Assembly (NCBI RefSeq): GCF_032191835.1
Contig: NC_083237.1
Span: 18,662,001-18,726,000 of the forward strand
Length of the DNA: 64,000 bases
Source: Heteronotia binoei
Lineage: Eukaryota
Reading direction: 5' to 3'
Shown: positions 1-11,637 of the stretch, one piece after another
Layout: every line of letters starts with the position of its first letter
How positions within the stretch are numbered: position 1 is the stretch's first letter
Position numbers and translations under genes: made by a program
Notes under the pieces: model-generated
Databases searched by the model: none
Told to the model about the DNA's origin: nothing
What the model saw: only the letters and a program-made list of their open reading frames with translations

Positions 1-129
1 CAAAAAGGTGTCCAGGGTAGGAGCTGCAAAGCATATTCCCTGGAAATTTTGTTGGACTTTAAGGTGATAGCGGACTTGTCTTTTTGTCTTCTACTGCAGA
101 GGAACATGGCACCCGCCTGAAACCATCCT

Positions 130-375
130 TTTTGCATGGTTACCTTTCTGTTCAAAACTATTGTCTTTCTTCTCCACAACTTGCCTAGTGCTTCCTTCAC
201 CTGAGATACCACCATTAAGTGAAATGATATGATGGAGGAGGATTTTAACTGATTACCTTTGCTGATTACCTTACCCGATGACCTTTTTCAATCAGGCTGA
301 TAATCACAGGGCCTAAGACAGCACAACAAACACGATATTACCAAGGATCACCGAAACATCCTTGAAAATTGAACT
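130..375 (-). pseudogene. Degenerate olfactory receptor 3' fragment (TM5 to C-terminus remnant)
   Basis: Mirror of 14100..14355, which resembles the OR segments VILGNI..VLSY..KGN..SFHL and QVKEAL..LWRRK with a large internal deletion. Confidence 0.6.
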
Positions 376-537
376 AATGAGACGAGCAGTTGTTCACCTG
401 TCCCTTAAGCTAAAAGGTTAAACTAAACCAACCCTCATCAGGTGTTAAGAAAGGGAAGAGATAACCAAATGCTCTCATGTTCTCAGTGACATTTTTGGGA
501 GAATGGTATAGTTCACATTTCAAACTCAGAAAAATAA

Positions 538-804
538 AAGAAGAAGACACTGGATTTATATCCCACCCTATACTCTGAATCTTAGAGCAGTCAGAATCTC
601 CTTTACCTTCACCCCCACACCAGACACCCTGTGAGGTGGGGCTGAGAGAGCTCTCGCAGCAGCTGCCCTTTTTCAAGGAGAGCTCTGCGAGAGCTTCGGT
701 TAACCCAAGGCCATTCCAGTAGCTGCAAGTGGAGGAGTGGGGAATGAAACCCAGTTCTCCCAGATAAGAGTCTGCCACTTAACCACTACACCAAACTGGC
801 TCTC
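538..804 (-). mobile_element. tRNA-derived SINE with (TCT)n tail
   Basis: Head gagagccagtttggtgtagtggtt on the minus strand, TCT tail; same family at 13671, about 37280, 38235 and 38699. Confidence 0.75.
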
Positions 805-1853
805 AAGTAGTTATTTGATTTTGGGGAGAATTTTTTGGGAGAATGGGAGAGTTCACATTTCAGATATTTGATTTTCAAAATATAACCATTCTGTATAGAG
901 TCAACGACACTAAAACCATCTATATAACATATCTAAAAATATAAATCAGGATTACCTACAGTTAGATCATATAGAGAAACAGTAGTGGTTTTTGCATACG
1001 ATTATTTTTTTTGCACTTGCTGGAATGCGTAAGAATTATACAGTTGGGAGAGCCTGACAAAATAATGGACAAATCATTTACTATATTTATTATAGAATAT
1101 GTGCTTCAAAAGCACCTACATAGTATTCTAGTGGAAATGTGTGTTGTTATCTTCCAGTGCACAAAGGGGTTGGAAACACTGAACAGAGAACAGTACCTTT
1201 TTTTTCTTTTCATAGCATATATATATATATTGCTCACAGACCATTTGGTCATAAGCAAATGGCTATGAAATAGAAAATTCATCAATAATATAGATTTTAC
1301 AGATTTTACAAAATAAATGTTTAGAATCAGCAAAGTGCACAACATAAAACATCATTTCCCATTTTCTTAAAATCCTCCTCTTGACTCTTAAATCTAAACA
1401 CTCTCAGAAGAAATCTTACAACTGAAACTGGGATGGTTAGATCAAAGCCACCAAGTAAAAGTGGGAGCTAATTTTCTACACCCAGATCAATATCGGAAAT
1501 CGGTGAGTCGATAAACTGTTTTCTTAAGTAGTTATACCTTTGGCAAACAAAAAGACACGTTTTACAGTTGCAAAAGAGCCAGATCCACAACCACACAATC
1601 TCTTGGAATAGGGCTTTCTCATGTAGCGCCCACTAAGAAAAGCAGTAGGGAGCACATTAAATCTGGCTAAAAAGAAGACTCTTCTGGGATGGTCAGAAAA
1701 ACTATAAAGGGACAATAGGACTTGGAGTATATAAAACCAAAGAAGGCAGGAGAGCGCACTTGATGAACTTGGATAATAGTGCCGTTTAAGTCCCTTTGTT
1801 GTCCACTATTGTACAGATCAGCTTTTCCTCATACACTAATCTTGAATGTTTTG

Positions 1854-2840
1854 TTATATTTTTCCTGTCCCTTTCCTCTTTTTTTCACTGTCAATTTTAC
1901 TTTTTAAAAAGACTGCCTTTCTCCTCCATAATCGGAACAGTGCCTCTTTCACCTGATCATTCCTCAGACAGTAAATCATGGGGTTGAGAAAGGGTGTTAA
2001 GGCAGCATAGAGGAGTGTTACAGTCTTAGTAATATTTGAATCAGTTTTTCCCTCTGGCTGTACATACATCCCTGCTAATGGGCCATAGAAAAGTGTGAAC
2101 ACCAACAAGTGGAATGATATGGTGGAAAAGGACTTTGCCCGATTGCCTTTGCTAGAGTTTTTAATCAAGGTGACAATCACAGAACCGTAGGACAGCACAG
2201 AAAACAAAATGTTGCCTATCACTACAACATTCATGACAACCTGACTAATGAGGGGAGCCTTTAAAAGTGGGGGGCAGGCTAAAGCCAAAATTGGGCCAGG
2301 ATCACACAAAAAATGGTCAATGACGTTAGGACCACAAAAAGACATCTGGGAGATCAGTGTGACTGGGACAAAACATGCCAGGAAGCCAAGGACCCAACAA
2401 ACAGTTACTAAGATGTAGCAAAAATTTGGGGACATGATCTGTGGATATCGCAGTGGGTGGCAGATGGCCAAGTACCGATCCAAGGCCATAGAAGAAAGGA
2501 AGAAGCATTCAGTACTGCCAAGAGAGCAGAAGATGTAGAACTGAAGGAAGCAGGAACTGAAGGAGACCATCTTGTTGGACAATGCCAGGTCTAAGAGCAT
2601 GCGAGGCACAGTGGTGCTCACATAGCAGATCTCCAGCAAGGAGAAGTTGCTCAGCAGGACATACATGGGAAGCCGGGACAAGTGGGTGTCAAGATGCACC
2701 AACATGATGATGGTGATGTTCTCAGCTACGGTGAGCATGTAAAGAAGAGTGAAAAAGGTGAGGAGCAGGAGTCGTTGAAACTGCCCAACTTCAAAGCCCA
2801 GCAAAATGAATTCCTGGACTGTCCCGTTGGTGAACTCCAT
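1854..2840 (-). CDS. Olfactory receptor, OR11-like (OR1 of this window), 328 aa, intact
   Basis: 7TM ORF with PMY, MALDRYLAICHPLRY, HFLCD, KSFSTISFH and PFLNPMIYCLRN motifs; NFSxLEIxYV..TVP and SLGSTECFFL resemble family 11. Confidence 0.95.
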   Translation of the reverse strand: MEFTNGTVQEFILLGFEVGQFQRLLLLTFFTLLYMLTVAENITIIMLVHLDTHLSRLPMYVLLSNFSLLEICYVSTTVPRMLLDLALSNKMVSFSSCFLQFYIFCSLGSTECFFLSSMALDRYLAICHPLRYPQIMSPNFCYILVTVCWVLGFLACFVPVTLISQMSFCGPNVIDHFLCDPGPILALACPPLLKAPLISQVVMNVVVIGNILFSVLSYGSVIVTLIKNSSKGNRAKSFSTISFHLLVFTLFYGPLAGMYVQPEGKTDSNITKTVTLLYAALTPFLNPMIYCLRNDQVKEALFRLWRRKAVFLKSKIDSEKKRKGTGKI

Positions 2841-4179
2841 CTGGAATTAGAGAATAAAATCAGTATTGCATACGATATCCTGTTGTTATCTGGTTATTTG
2901 TTTCTATAGATAGAGAAATGATAAAGAGACATGGTATCCAGTTAGGGAGAGAGGGGATGCACCTCCACCACCCTGATAATAGCAAAACATGAACTTTGAG
3001 TGATCTTCTGCATAAGGTATTAGTGATGTTTCCGCTAGGAGATGGGGACAAGATCTTAGCTCCAAACCTCAGAAGTCAGTCAATGGTTATTTACTTTTTG
3101 TGTAATCTGCCCAAGAATTGACAAAATAAATTCTGGCAAGCCTGAGAATCCTCCATTGGAGGTTGCATATTTTTGAAAGGATCAAATGGAGAGAAGCACT
3201 TTTATTTCTTTATTTCTTGTATTAAATTTATATCCTGCCCTCTCCTTAACAGGCTCAGGGTGGCTAAAAACCAGTAAAAGAACATTGAGATATAAGACTT
3301 AAAACAATACTATACAATGAAATAATCAGTCAAATTACAAAATCCATAGCCAACAGCAATCCAAGGTTTGTAATCCTTATGGTGCTCATGATGCCTTAAA
3401 ATTAAATTGGATGCAGCCGAGAACCCTGGAATACCTCATGATCCCTCAGTTTCATTAGTCAGAATCTCTCTTTTCTAGCCATAATTTTATCATAAATCTT
3501 TGTAATTTCCTTCAAGAAGCACAATCGCTTTTTACATCCATTTAAGGTCCCACTTCAGTTGCCTTTGTTATTGCCATTACTGTACCTCAGGAGCTTTGAA
3601 AGTACTGCTCCATCTAGGAGAAAAGTCATCAAAAAGCTTCTGCCACAACTGGTGTGTGTGACTATTGCAACATCCTGTTCTTTTTTACCAAGAAGCCCAG
3701 CTGTGATGTTGGTGCTCCATGCGACTGGCTTGCCAGAAAGAAAGAGGAGGCATGGATAAGCATTGACATCTGAACGCTTCTAATAAATCTTTGGGGGCCC
3801 TTGAGATTGTGTCCCTCTAGAACAATATCAGTATATTTTCAATTCAGAAATAGGCTGCTTATTTCTGCCATGAGGAAACATATCCTCACACAATCATTTC
3901 CCTGAGGTTTCTCTTTGGACTAATTTCAGTAACTAGATCAATCAATAGAGTTGATAAGGTTGTGAGGAAGGGCTACAGCAGTTGGAACTTTTGAGTCCAG
4001 GAAAAAAAGGTGTATATGAGGAGTTACCATTACACACAGCATGAATATCGTCTTCTCACGTTCCTCCTGCTATGTTAGGATTGACAGTCATCCAGTCAAA
4101 TTGGCAGACAATCCATGGAGGCTGGTCCAGTAGGGCAAATGGGACAGGGCTCTACCAACTCAGGCTGCTCCATCTGCCT

Positions 4180-5268
4180 TAGGGTTGCCAAGTTCATTTC
4201 AAGAAATATCTGGGGACTTTAGTGGTGGAGCCAGGAGACGTTGGGGGTGGAGCCAGGAGCAAGGTTGTGACAAGCATAATTGAACTCCAAAAGGGAGTTC
4301 TGGCCATCACATTTAAAGAGACCACAAATCTTTTAAATGCCTTCCTCTATCAGAAATAATGAAGGATACGAGCACCTTGTTTTGGGGCTCATGGAAGTGG
4401 AACCCGTGTCCAATTTTTTTTGAAACCTGGAAGTTATTTTGGGGAGAGGCACCAGATGTAGGCTTCCCAACCCTCCCGCCCTGGCGGGGGACCTCAGGAT
4501 TTCCAGCCTCTTCCCCCGCTCCTCAAAAAAACGGAAACGGGGGGAAGGGGGGAAACGGCGCCAAGGAGCGTGGCGAGCCGCCCCATCTTGGAGTGGGCGA
4601 TGCCGCTGCGCAGCTGCCGCCTCTTCTCCGCTTCACCGTAGCTGCTCCTCCGAGATGGGCTCAGGCTGAGCCCATCTCGGAGGAGCAGCTAAGATGAAGC
4701 GGAGAAGAGGCGGCAGCAGCGCAGCGGCATCGCCCGCTCCGCCTGAGGTAAAAGCAGAGAAGGGGAGGGTGGAGGCAGGCCAGGAGCGTGGCGAGCCGCG
4801 AATCTGGGTCCTTCTAGGACCCGGACTCACGGCTTGCCACGCCCCTGGCCTGCCTCCACCCTCCCCTTCTCTGATTTCACCTCAGAGGCGGAGCGGGCGA
4901 CGCCGCGGCGCAGCTGCCGCCTCTTCTCCTCTTCATCTTAGCTGCTCCACCGAGATGGGCTCAGCCTGAGCCCATCTCGGAGGAGCAGCTACAGTGAAGC
5001 GGAGAAGAGGCGGCAGAAGCACAGCGGCGTTGCCCGCTCCGCCTCTGAGGTAAAATCAGAGAAGGGGAGGGTGGAGGGAAGGAAGGCATTTAAAAAGTTG
5101 TGAGGTCCCTTTAATTGTGATGGACAGAACTCCCTTTGGAGTTCAATTGTGCTTGTCACACCCTTGCTCCTAGCTCCACCCCAGTGTCTCCTGGCTCCAC
5201 CCCTAAAGCCTCCTGGCTCCACCCCCAAAGTCCCCAGATATTTTCTGGAATTGGACTTGGCAGCCCTA
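4180..5268. mobile_element. Fold-back (MITE-like, hAT-type ends) element with long terminal inverted repeats and an internal alternating inverted array
   Basis: Starts tagggttgccaagt and ends acttggcagcccta; about 170 bp imperfect TIRs; no TSD found. Mirror copy at about 8596..10301, interrupted by an LTR. Confidence 0.6.
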
Positions 5269-5296
5269 ACCAGATGCTATGCTGCAATTTTTGTGC

Positions 5297-5810
5297 CTCT
5301 ACCTCAAGGTGTTGGTATTGACCTTTAAAGCCTTCTATGGTCAAGGGCCTGCCTATCTACAGGACTGTCTTTTTCCTCATGTTTCCCAGAGAGCACTGCA
5401 TTCAGGGAAAACAAAACCTACCATCTATCGCCCGACCAAGGTAGGCCAGACTGTGTTCCACACGTGTTAGGGCCTTTTCAGTGGCAGCACCAGAAATGTG
5501 GAATGTCCTCCTGTAGGCCATAAGGGCCCTGCGGGATCTCTCTCAATGCTGCAGGGCCTGCAAAACTGAACTATTCCAACAGGCCTTCAACATCTAAGCC
5601 AGGAGAGGACTGCTATCCTGCACTGCTGAGGAGCTACGATCATAGGATCACTGCCAGAAGATCCCACCTATACTGAACAATACCATAAAATGTTTTAATG
5701 GTATTCTATCATTTTTAAATTGCAATTGTAGATGTTTGAACTGACTGTCTGACAGAACTGAGTCTGCTTGTGGAGAGGGCGGGATAGAAATCTAAAGTAA
5801 TAAATAAACT
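5297..5810 (+). mobile_element. L2 LINE 3' fragment
   Basis: KVLVLTFKAFYGQGPAYLQDCL matches the C-terminus of the L2 ORF2 at 16691..17225; taataaataaa tail. Mirror at 8054..8567 (-). Confidence 0.8.
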
Positions 5811-8686
5811 TTGGTGAGCATCGTAATGCCTATGGGCACCATATTGGGGACCCCTCCCTCCTCTGTGGCATCCAGAGGTGGAATTCTAGCAGGAGCTCCT
5901 TTGCATATTAGGCCACACACCTCTGATGTAGCCAATCCTCCTGCAGCTTACAGTAGGCCCTGTACTGAGAGCCCTGTAAGCTCTCCCCCATATGCCTTGG
6001 AGGTCCCTTTTCTGCACTTCAATAGTATTCAATGTGATGCTTTATCCAGAAGATGGTACACCATAAGCACTGTGTCAAGATATGGGTCCAATTCTATGAG
6101 CCAGGGGGTCCAATTCTATGAGCCCCAAAAGAAGGTCCCCCTATCCTTCATTATTTTCTATGGAAGAAGGCATTCTAAAAGGTGTGCTGTCCCTTTAAAT
6201 GCGATGGCCAGAACTCCCTTGGAGTTCAATTATGCTTGTCACACCCTTGTTCATGGCTCGGCCCCCAAAGTCTCCTGGCTCCACCCTCAAAGTACCCAGA
6301 TATTTCTTGAATTGGACTTGGCAACCTACCACCAATGGTCCCCTCCAACCTGCCAAGGCAAACTACACCCTTAAAAAACTGGGGGGGGGGGGGGGAGGCA
6401 GACCATAGCCTCCCTAGCAACAGTACTATCTTCTCCCTAGCAACAGTACTAAAACGGCCACCAAAGGTCCCCTCCAAGGCAAACTACTCCCTTAAAAAAT
6501 GGGGGGGGGGAGGCAGACCATAGTCTCAAAATGACCACTTCAGGATCGCAGGCTAAGGTCTTTCATGCCTAACTGCCTGCACCCCTTATAGTTGGAGATG
6601 CTAGAGATGACCACCAAGCCCCTGTCCCTCCTGGCCGTCAGGGTAGCAGGCTGAGGTTTTTCACACCTATCTGCCTGCACCCTTTATAGCTGGAGATGCT
6701 GGAGATTGACCACAGAGCCCACATCCCTCCAGGCTGTCCTCTTCCCGAAAAATAAAAGGGGGGGGGGGAGGCAGACCACCCCACCTCTCAAGAAAACCCC
6801 CGTCCAGAGACCCTTGTAGCCAGACAGCTCGCTCAAACACCAATGACCCCCCTCACAGAAAGGCTGACCACCCCCAGCCCAATGCAGCTCAAACTCCCGG
6901 AGACTCAGCCAGAGGCCGCTGCCAAAACGCCGCCTAAGATGATCCTCAGGCGAAGGAACGGCCCGCCGATGCAGCGACAGGCTCCTGACCTTCCAATCGG
7001 AAGAGCCTGCAACGAAGCCTCCCCGAAGCTGCTGCGCCGATCAACGACGGAGAGAACTGAGGGGAACGTGGAGCTAGCTGTTAAAGCTGCTAGCCCCGCC
7101 CCTCACATTGCGCCCCAAACGGGCGACTTCTGACTCCTCCCTCCCAGGGAGGCAAACAGCGCAGAAGCAGCCTAGCAGCTACGCTGCAAGCTGCAAGCTT
7201 CCGAATGTGCCAATGACTTATTGTGTGGAGCTCTTGCAGAGTTCTGTGCCACACCAAATCAGGGCCTTGTGGATTTTGATACTGTTTGGAGGATTTTGCA
7301 TGGCTCACTATGGCTTCTACTGCTCAAAACATACATGGAATTTACAATCACATGCTAGTTATCTGCATGCATGGATTTTTACGATTCTGCAGCATTGCCC
7401 CTTTCCACAGAAAGACCATCAGTGGAACAGAGTGACGGGTGACCATGTTTTTGGAGAAGAATCTTCCTTCACTTTTGCTATTATCACAGAATCCAGCTGC
7501 ATGGCCATAATGTATTGCATTTGATTTCAGATAATGGTCCACACACATTGAAAATAATGGAATAATAAATGAATATATAGCTCAGGAAAACAGCAGTTAC
7601 CTGTGGAAATCACCTGGGAGCAGCCCATCTCCAGAGAGAGGGCTTGTTTTGCTGAGTAATTATATTGTCCTTGAGGGACAGGGCCACCAGATACATATAC
7701 ACTCTTCCTTCCTATCAAGCCTACCCAATACCCTACTACTGTACACCCCAAGGCAACGCAAGAAATAGCACACGTGACCCATATCTTGACACAGTGCTTA
7801 TGGTGTACCATCTTCTGGATAAAGCATCACATTGAATACTATTGAAGTGCAGAAAAGGGACCTCCAAGGCATATGGGGGAGAGCTTACAGGGCTCTCAGT
7901 ACAGGGCCTACTGTAAGCTCCAGGAGAATTGGCTACATCAGAGGTGTGTGGCCTAATATGCAAAGGAGCTCCTGCTAGAATTCCACCTCTGGATGCCACA
8001 GAGGAGGGAGGGGTCCCCAATATGGTGCCCATAGGCATTACGATGCTCACCAAAGTTTATTTATTACTTTAGATTTCTATCCCGCCCTCTCCACAAGCAG
8101 ACTCAGTTCTGTCAGACAGTCAGTTCAAACATCTACAATTGCAATTTAAAAATGATAGAATACCATTAAAACATTTTATGGTATTGTTCAGTATAGGTGG
8201 GATCTTCTGGCAGTGATCCTATGATCGTAGCTCCTCAGCAGTGCAGGATAGCAGTCCTCTCCTGGCTTAGATGTTGAAGGCCTGTTGAAATAGTTCAGCT
8301 TTGCAGGCCCTGCAGCATTGAGAGAGATCCCGCAGGGCCCTTATGGCCTACAGGAGGACATTCCACATTTCTGGTGCTGCCACTGAAAAGGCCCTAACAT
8401 GTGTGGAACACAGTCTGGCCTACCTTGGTCGGGCGATAGATGGTAGGTTTTGTTTTCCCTGAATGCAGTGCTCTCTGGGAAACATGAGGAAAAAGACAGT
8501 CCTGTAGATAGGCAGGCCCTTGACCATAGAAGGCTTTAAAGGTCAATACCAACACCTTGAGGTAGAGGCACAAAAATTGCAGCATAGCATCTGGTTAGGG
8601 CTGCCAAGTCCAATTCCAGAAAATATCTGGGGACTTTGGGGGTGGAGCCAGGAGGCTTTGGGGGTGGAGCCAGGAGACACTGGGGT

Positions 8687-9299
8687 TGTCGTGCCTGCCC
8701 CAGACCCCGCCCTTGCTAACTCAGAGCAGGAGCCACCTGAAACTGATCAGGCCACACCAGGCCCTAGTGCATCCCCTCCTGAATCACCACCTCCTGTAAG
8801 CCGGCTACGTGAGAGGAGGCGACAGGAGTTCAGAAACAGACGGAGAGATGCACGCATTCGTGGGAGGAGAGATCTCAGCCCGGAGTACTAACAAGTTAAC
8901 AAGCCAGCACAGTATATCTGTAACCCTGACCTCAAGGCAAACTGTGCTGGCAACGAATGACCCTCCTGGGACATGACTACGCTCTGCACCCTCTTGCTTG
9001 CTGCGAGAACCCGTGTAACTCCTGACCCGGCCTGAACCTTGGACTTGAACTTCTGGACTCTGACTTTGCTTTGTGGACTGACCTAGGTAATTGGCGTTGT
9101 TTTCTCTGGCTTCCGACCCCCTGCATTCCTGTGACCAACCTTTCTGTCTCCTCCTTCAGCCAGACTGATTTACGGTGTTGAAAAAATTGGACTGTTTTAA
9201 CGACCACCCCTGCGCTCCTCCCCAGCCGGCTGACAGCGTTCTGGCCAGCTGCCGGACGTTGGCAGCCGTCGTTCCTTATCTGCAACCCGGGATTTGACA
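8687..9299. mobile_element. Solo LTR (613 bp, TGTC...GACA ends, 5 bp TSD GGGGT)
   Basis: TSD at 8682..8686 and 9300..9304; absent from the mirror position in the left arm; 613+5 equals the 618 bp offset between the arm symmetry axes. Confidence 0.9.
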
Positions 9300-11637
9300 G
9301 GGGTGGAGCTAGGAGCAAGGGTGTGACAAGCACAATTGAACTCCAAAGGGAGTTCTGTCCATCACAATTAAAGGGACCTCACAACTTTTTAAATGCCTTC
9401 CTTCCCTCCACCCTCCCCTTCTCTGATTTTACCTCAGAGGCGGAGCGGGCAACGCCGCTGTGCTTCTGCCGCCTCTTCTCCGCTTCACTGTAGCTGCTCC
9501 TCCGAGATGGGCTCAGGCTGAGCCCATCTCGGTGGAGCAGCTAAGATGAAGAGGAGAAGAGGCGGCAGCTGCGCCGCGGCGTCGCCCGCTCCGCCTCTGA
9601 GGTGAAATCAGAGAAGGGGAGGGTGGAGGCAGGCCAGGGGCGTGGCAAGCCGTGAGTCCGGGTCCTAGAAGGACCCAGATTCGCGGCTCGCCACGCTCCT
9701 GGCCTGCCTCCACCCTCCCCTTCTCTGCTTTTACCTCAGGCGGAGCGGGCGATGCCGCTGCGCTGCTGCCGCCTCTTCTCCGCTTCATCTTAGCTGCTCC
9801 TCCGAGATGGGCTCAGCCTGAGCCCATCTCGGAGGAGCAGCTACGGTGAAGCGGAGAAGAGGCGGCAGCTGCGCAGCGGCATCGCCCACTCCAAGATGGG
9901 GCGGCTTGCCACGCTCCTTGGCGCCGTTTCCCCCCTTCCCCCCGTTTCCGTTTTTTTGAGGAGCGGGGGAAGAGGCTGGAAATCCTGAGGTCCCCCGCCA
10001 GGGCGGGAGGGTTGGGAAGCCTACATCTGGTGCCTCTCCCCAAAATAACTTCCAGGTTTCAAAAAAATTGGACATGGGTTCCACTTCCATGAGCCCCAAA
10101 ACAAGGTGCTCGTATCCTTCATTATTTCTGATAGAAGAAGGCATTTAAAAGATTTGTGGTCTCTTTAAATGTGATGGCCAGAACTCCCTTTTGGAGTTCA
10201 ATTATGCTTGTCACAACCTTGCTCCTGGCTCCACCCCCAACGTCTCCTGGCTCCACCACTAAAGTCCCCAGATATTTCTTGAAATGGACTTGGCAACCCT
10301 AAGGCAGATGGAGCAGCCTGAGTTGGTAGAGCCCTGTCCCATTTGCCCTACTGGACCAGCCTCCATGGATTGTCTGCCAATTTGACTGGATGACTGTCAA
10401 TCCTAACATAGCAGGAGGAACGTGAGAAGACGATATTCATGCTGTGTGTAATGGTAACTCCTCATATACACCTTTTTTTCCTGGACTCAAAAGTTCCAAC
10501 TGCTGTAGCCCTTCCTCACAACCTTATCAACTCTATTGATTGATCTAGTTACTGAAATTAGTCCAAAGAGAAACCTCAGGGAAATGATTGTGTGAGGATA
10601 TGTTTCCTCATGGCAGAAATAAGCAGCCTATTTCTGAATTGAAAATATACTGATATTGTTCTAGAGGGACACAATCTCAAGGGCCCCCAAAGATTTATTA
10701 GAAGCGTTCAGATGTCAATGCTTATCCATGCCTCCTCTTTCTTTCTGGCAAGCCAGTCGCATGGAGCACCAACATCACAGCTGGGCTTCTTGGTAAAAAA
10801 GAACAGGATGTTGCAATAGTCACACACACCAGTTGTGGCAGAAGCTTTTTGATGACTTTTCTCCTAGATGGAGCAGTACTTTCAAAGCTCCTGAGGTACA
10901 GTAATGGCAATAACAAAGGCAACTGAAGTGGGACCTTAAATGGATGTAAAAAGCGATTGTGCTTCTTGAAGGAAATTACAAAGATTTATGATAAAATTAT
11001 GGCTAGAAAAGAGAGATTCTGACTAATGAAACTGAGGGATCATGAGGTATTCCAGGGTTCTCGGCTGCATCCAATTTAATTTTAAGGCATCATGAGCACC
11101 ATAAGGATTACAAACCTTGGATTGCTGTTGGCTATGGATTTTGTAATTTGACTGATTATTTCATTGTATAGTATTGTTTTAAGTCTTATATCTCAATGTT
11201 CTTTTACTGGTTTTTAGCCACCCTGAGCCTGTTAAGGAGAGGGCAGGATATAAATTTAATACAAGAAATAAAGAAATAAAAGTGCTTCTCTCCATTTGAT
11301 CCTTTCAAAAATATGCAACCTCCAATGGAGGATTCTCAGGCTTGCCAGAATTTATTTTGTCAATTCTTGGGCAGATTACACAAAAAGTAAATAACCATTG
11401 ACTGACTTCTGAGGTTTGGAGCTAAGATCTTGTCCCCATCTCCTAGCGGAAACATCACTAATACCTTATGCAGAAGATCACTCAAAGTTCATGTTTTGCT
11501 ATTACCAGGGTGGTGGAGGTGCATCCCCTCTCTCCCTAACTGGATACCATATCTCTTTAGCATTTCTCTTTCTATGGAGACAAATAGCCAGATAAGAGTA
11601 TATCATATGCAATGATGACTCTGTTCTCTAATTCCAG

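Larger units (their letters stand above)
1..6088. repeat. Left arm of large inverted repeat (palindrome); runs off the window start
   Basis: Reverse complement of 7776..14438. Mirror ORF pairs give coordinate sums of 13864 (5279/8585, 5811/8053) and about 14481-14482 (4694/9788, 3559/10922). Position 1 caaaaaggtgtccagggtaggag mirrors ctcctaccctggacacctttttg ending at 14438. Confidence 0.95.

Noticed and set aside
2326-2909. Short alternative-frame or antisense ORFs over OR genes (also 11572..12152, 28496..29159, 61821..62521)
   Set aside because: Shadows of the OR coding sequence, recurring only because the ORs are paralogous
4359-4969. Several ORFs of 65-112 aa, mirrored at 9513..10144
   Set aside because: They arise from the GC-rich inverted array, which is stop-poor in all frames; no domain-like features
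4172-5276. 8 bp TSD for the fold-back element
   Set aside because: Flanks atctgcct and accagatg do not match, so the hAT assignment rests on terminal sequence only
6330-6790. Repeats of about 30-60 bp with spacers (ccctccaa..gcaaactac..ggggg aggcagacc) that look array-like
   Set aside because: Two to three degenerate tandem copies with poly-G in a vertebrate context; no cas genes and no constant repeat length, so not CRISPR
6780-7200. CpG-rich stretch with ORFs 6843..7133 and 7108..7524 in the palindrome spacer
   Set aside because: No recognisable domain or element boundaries; could be a LINE 5' UTR relic but is unsupported
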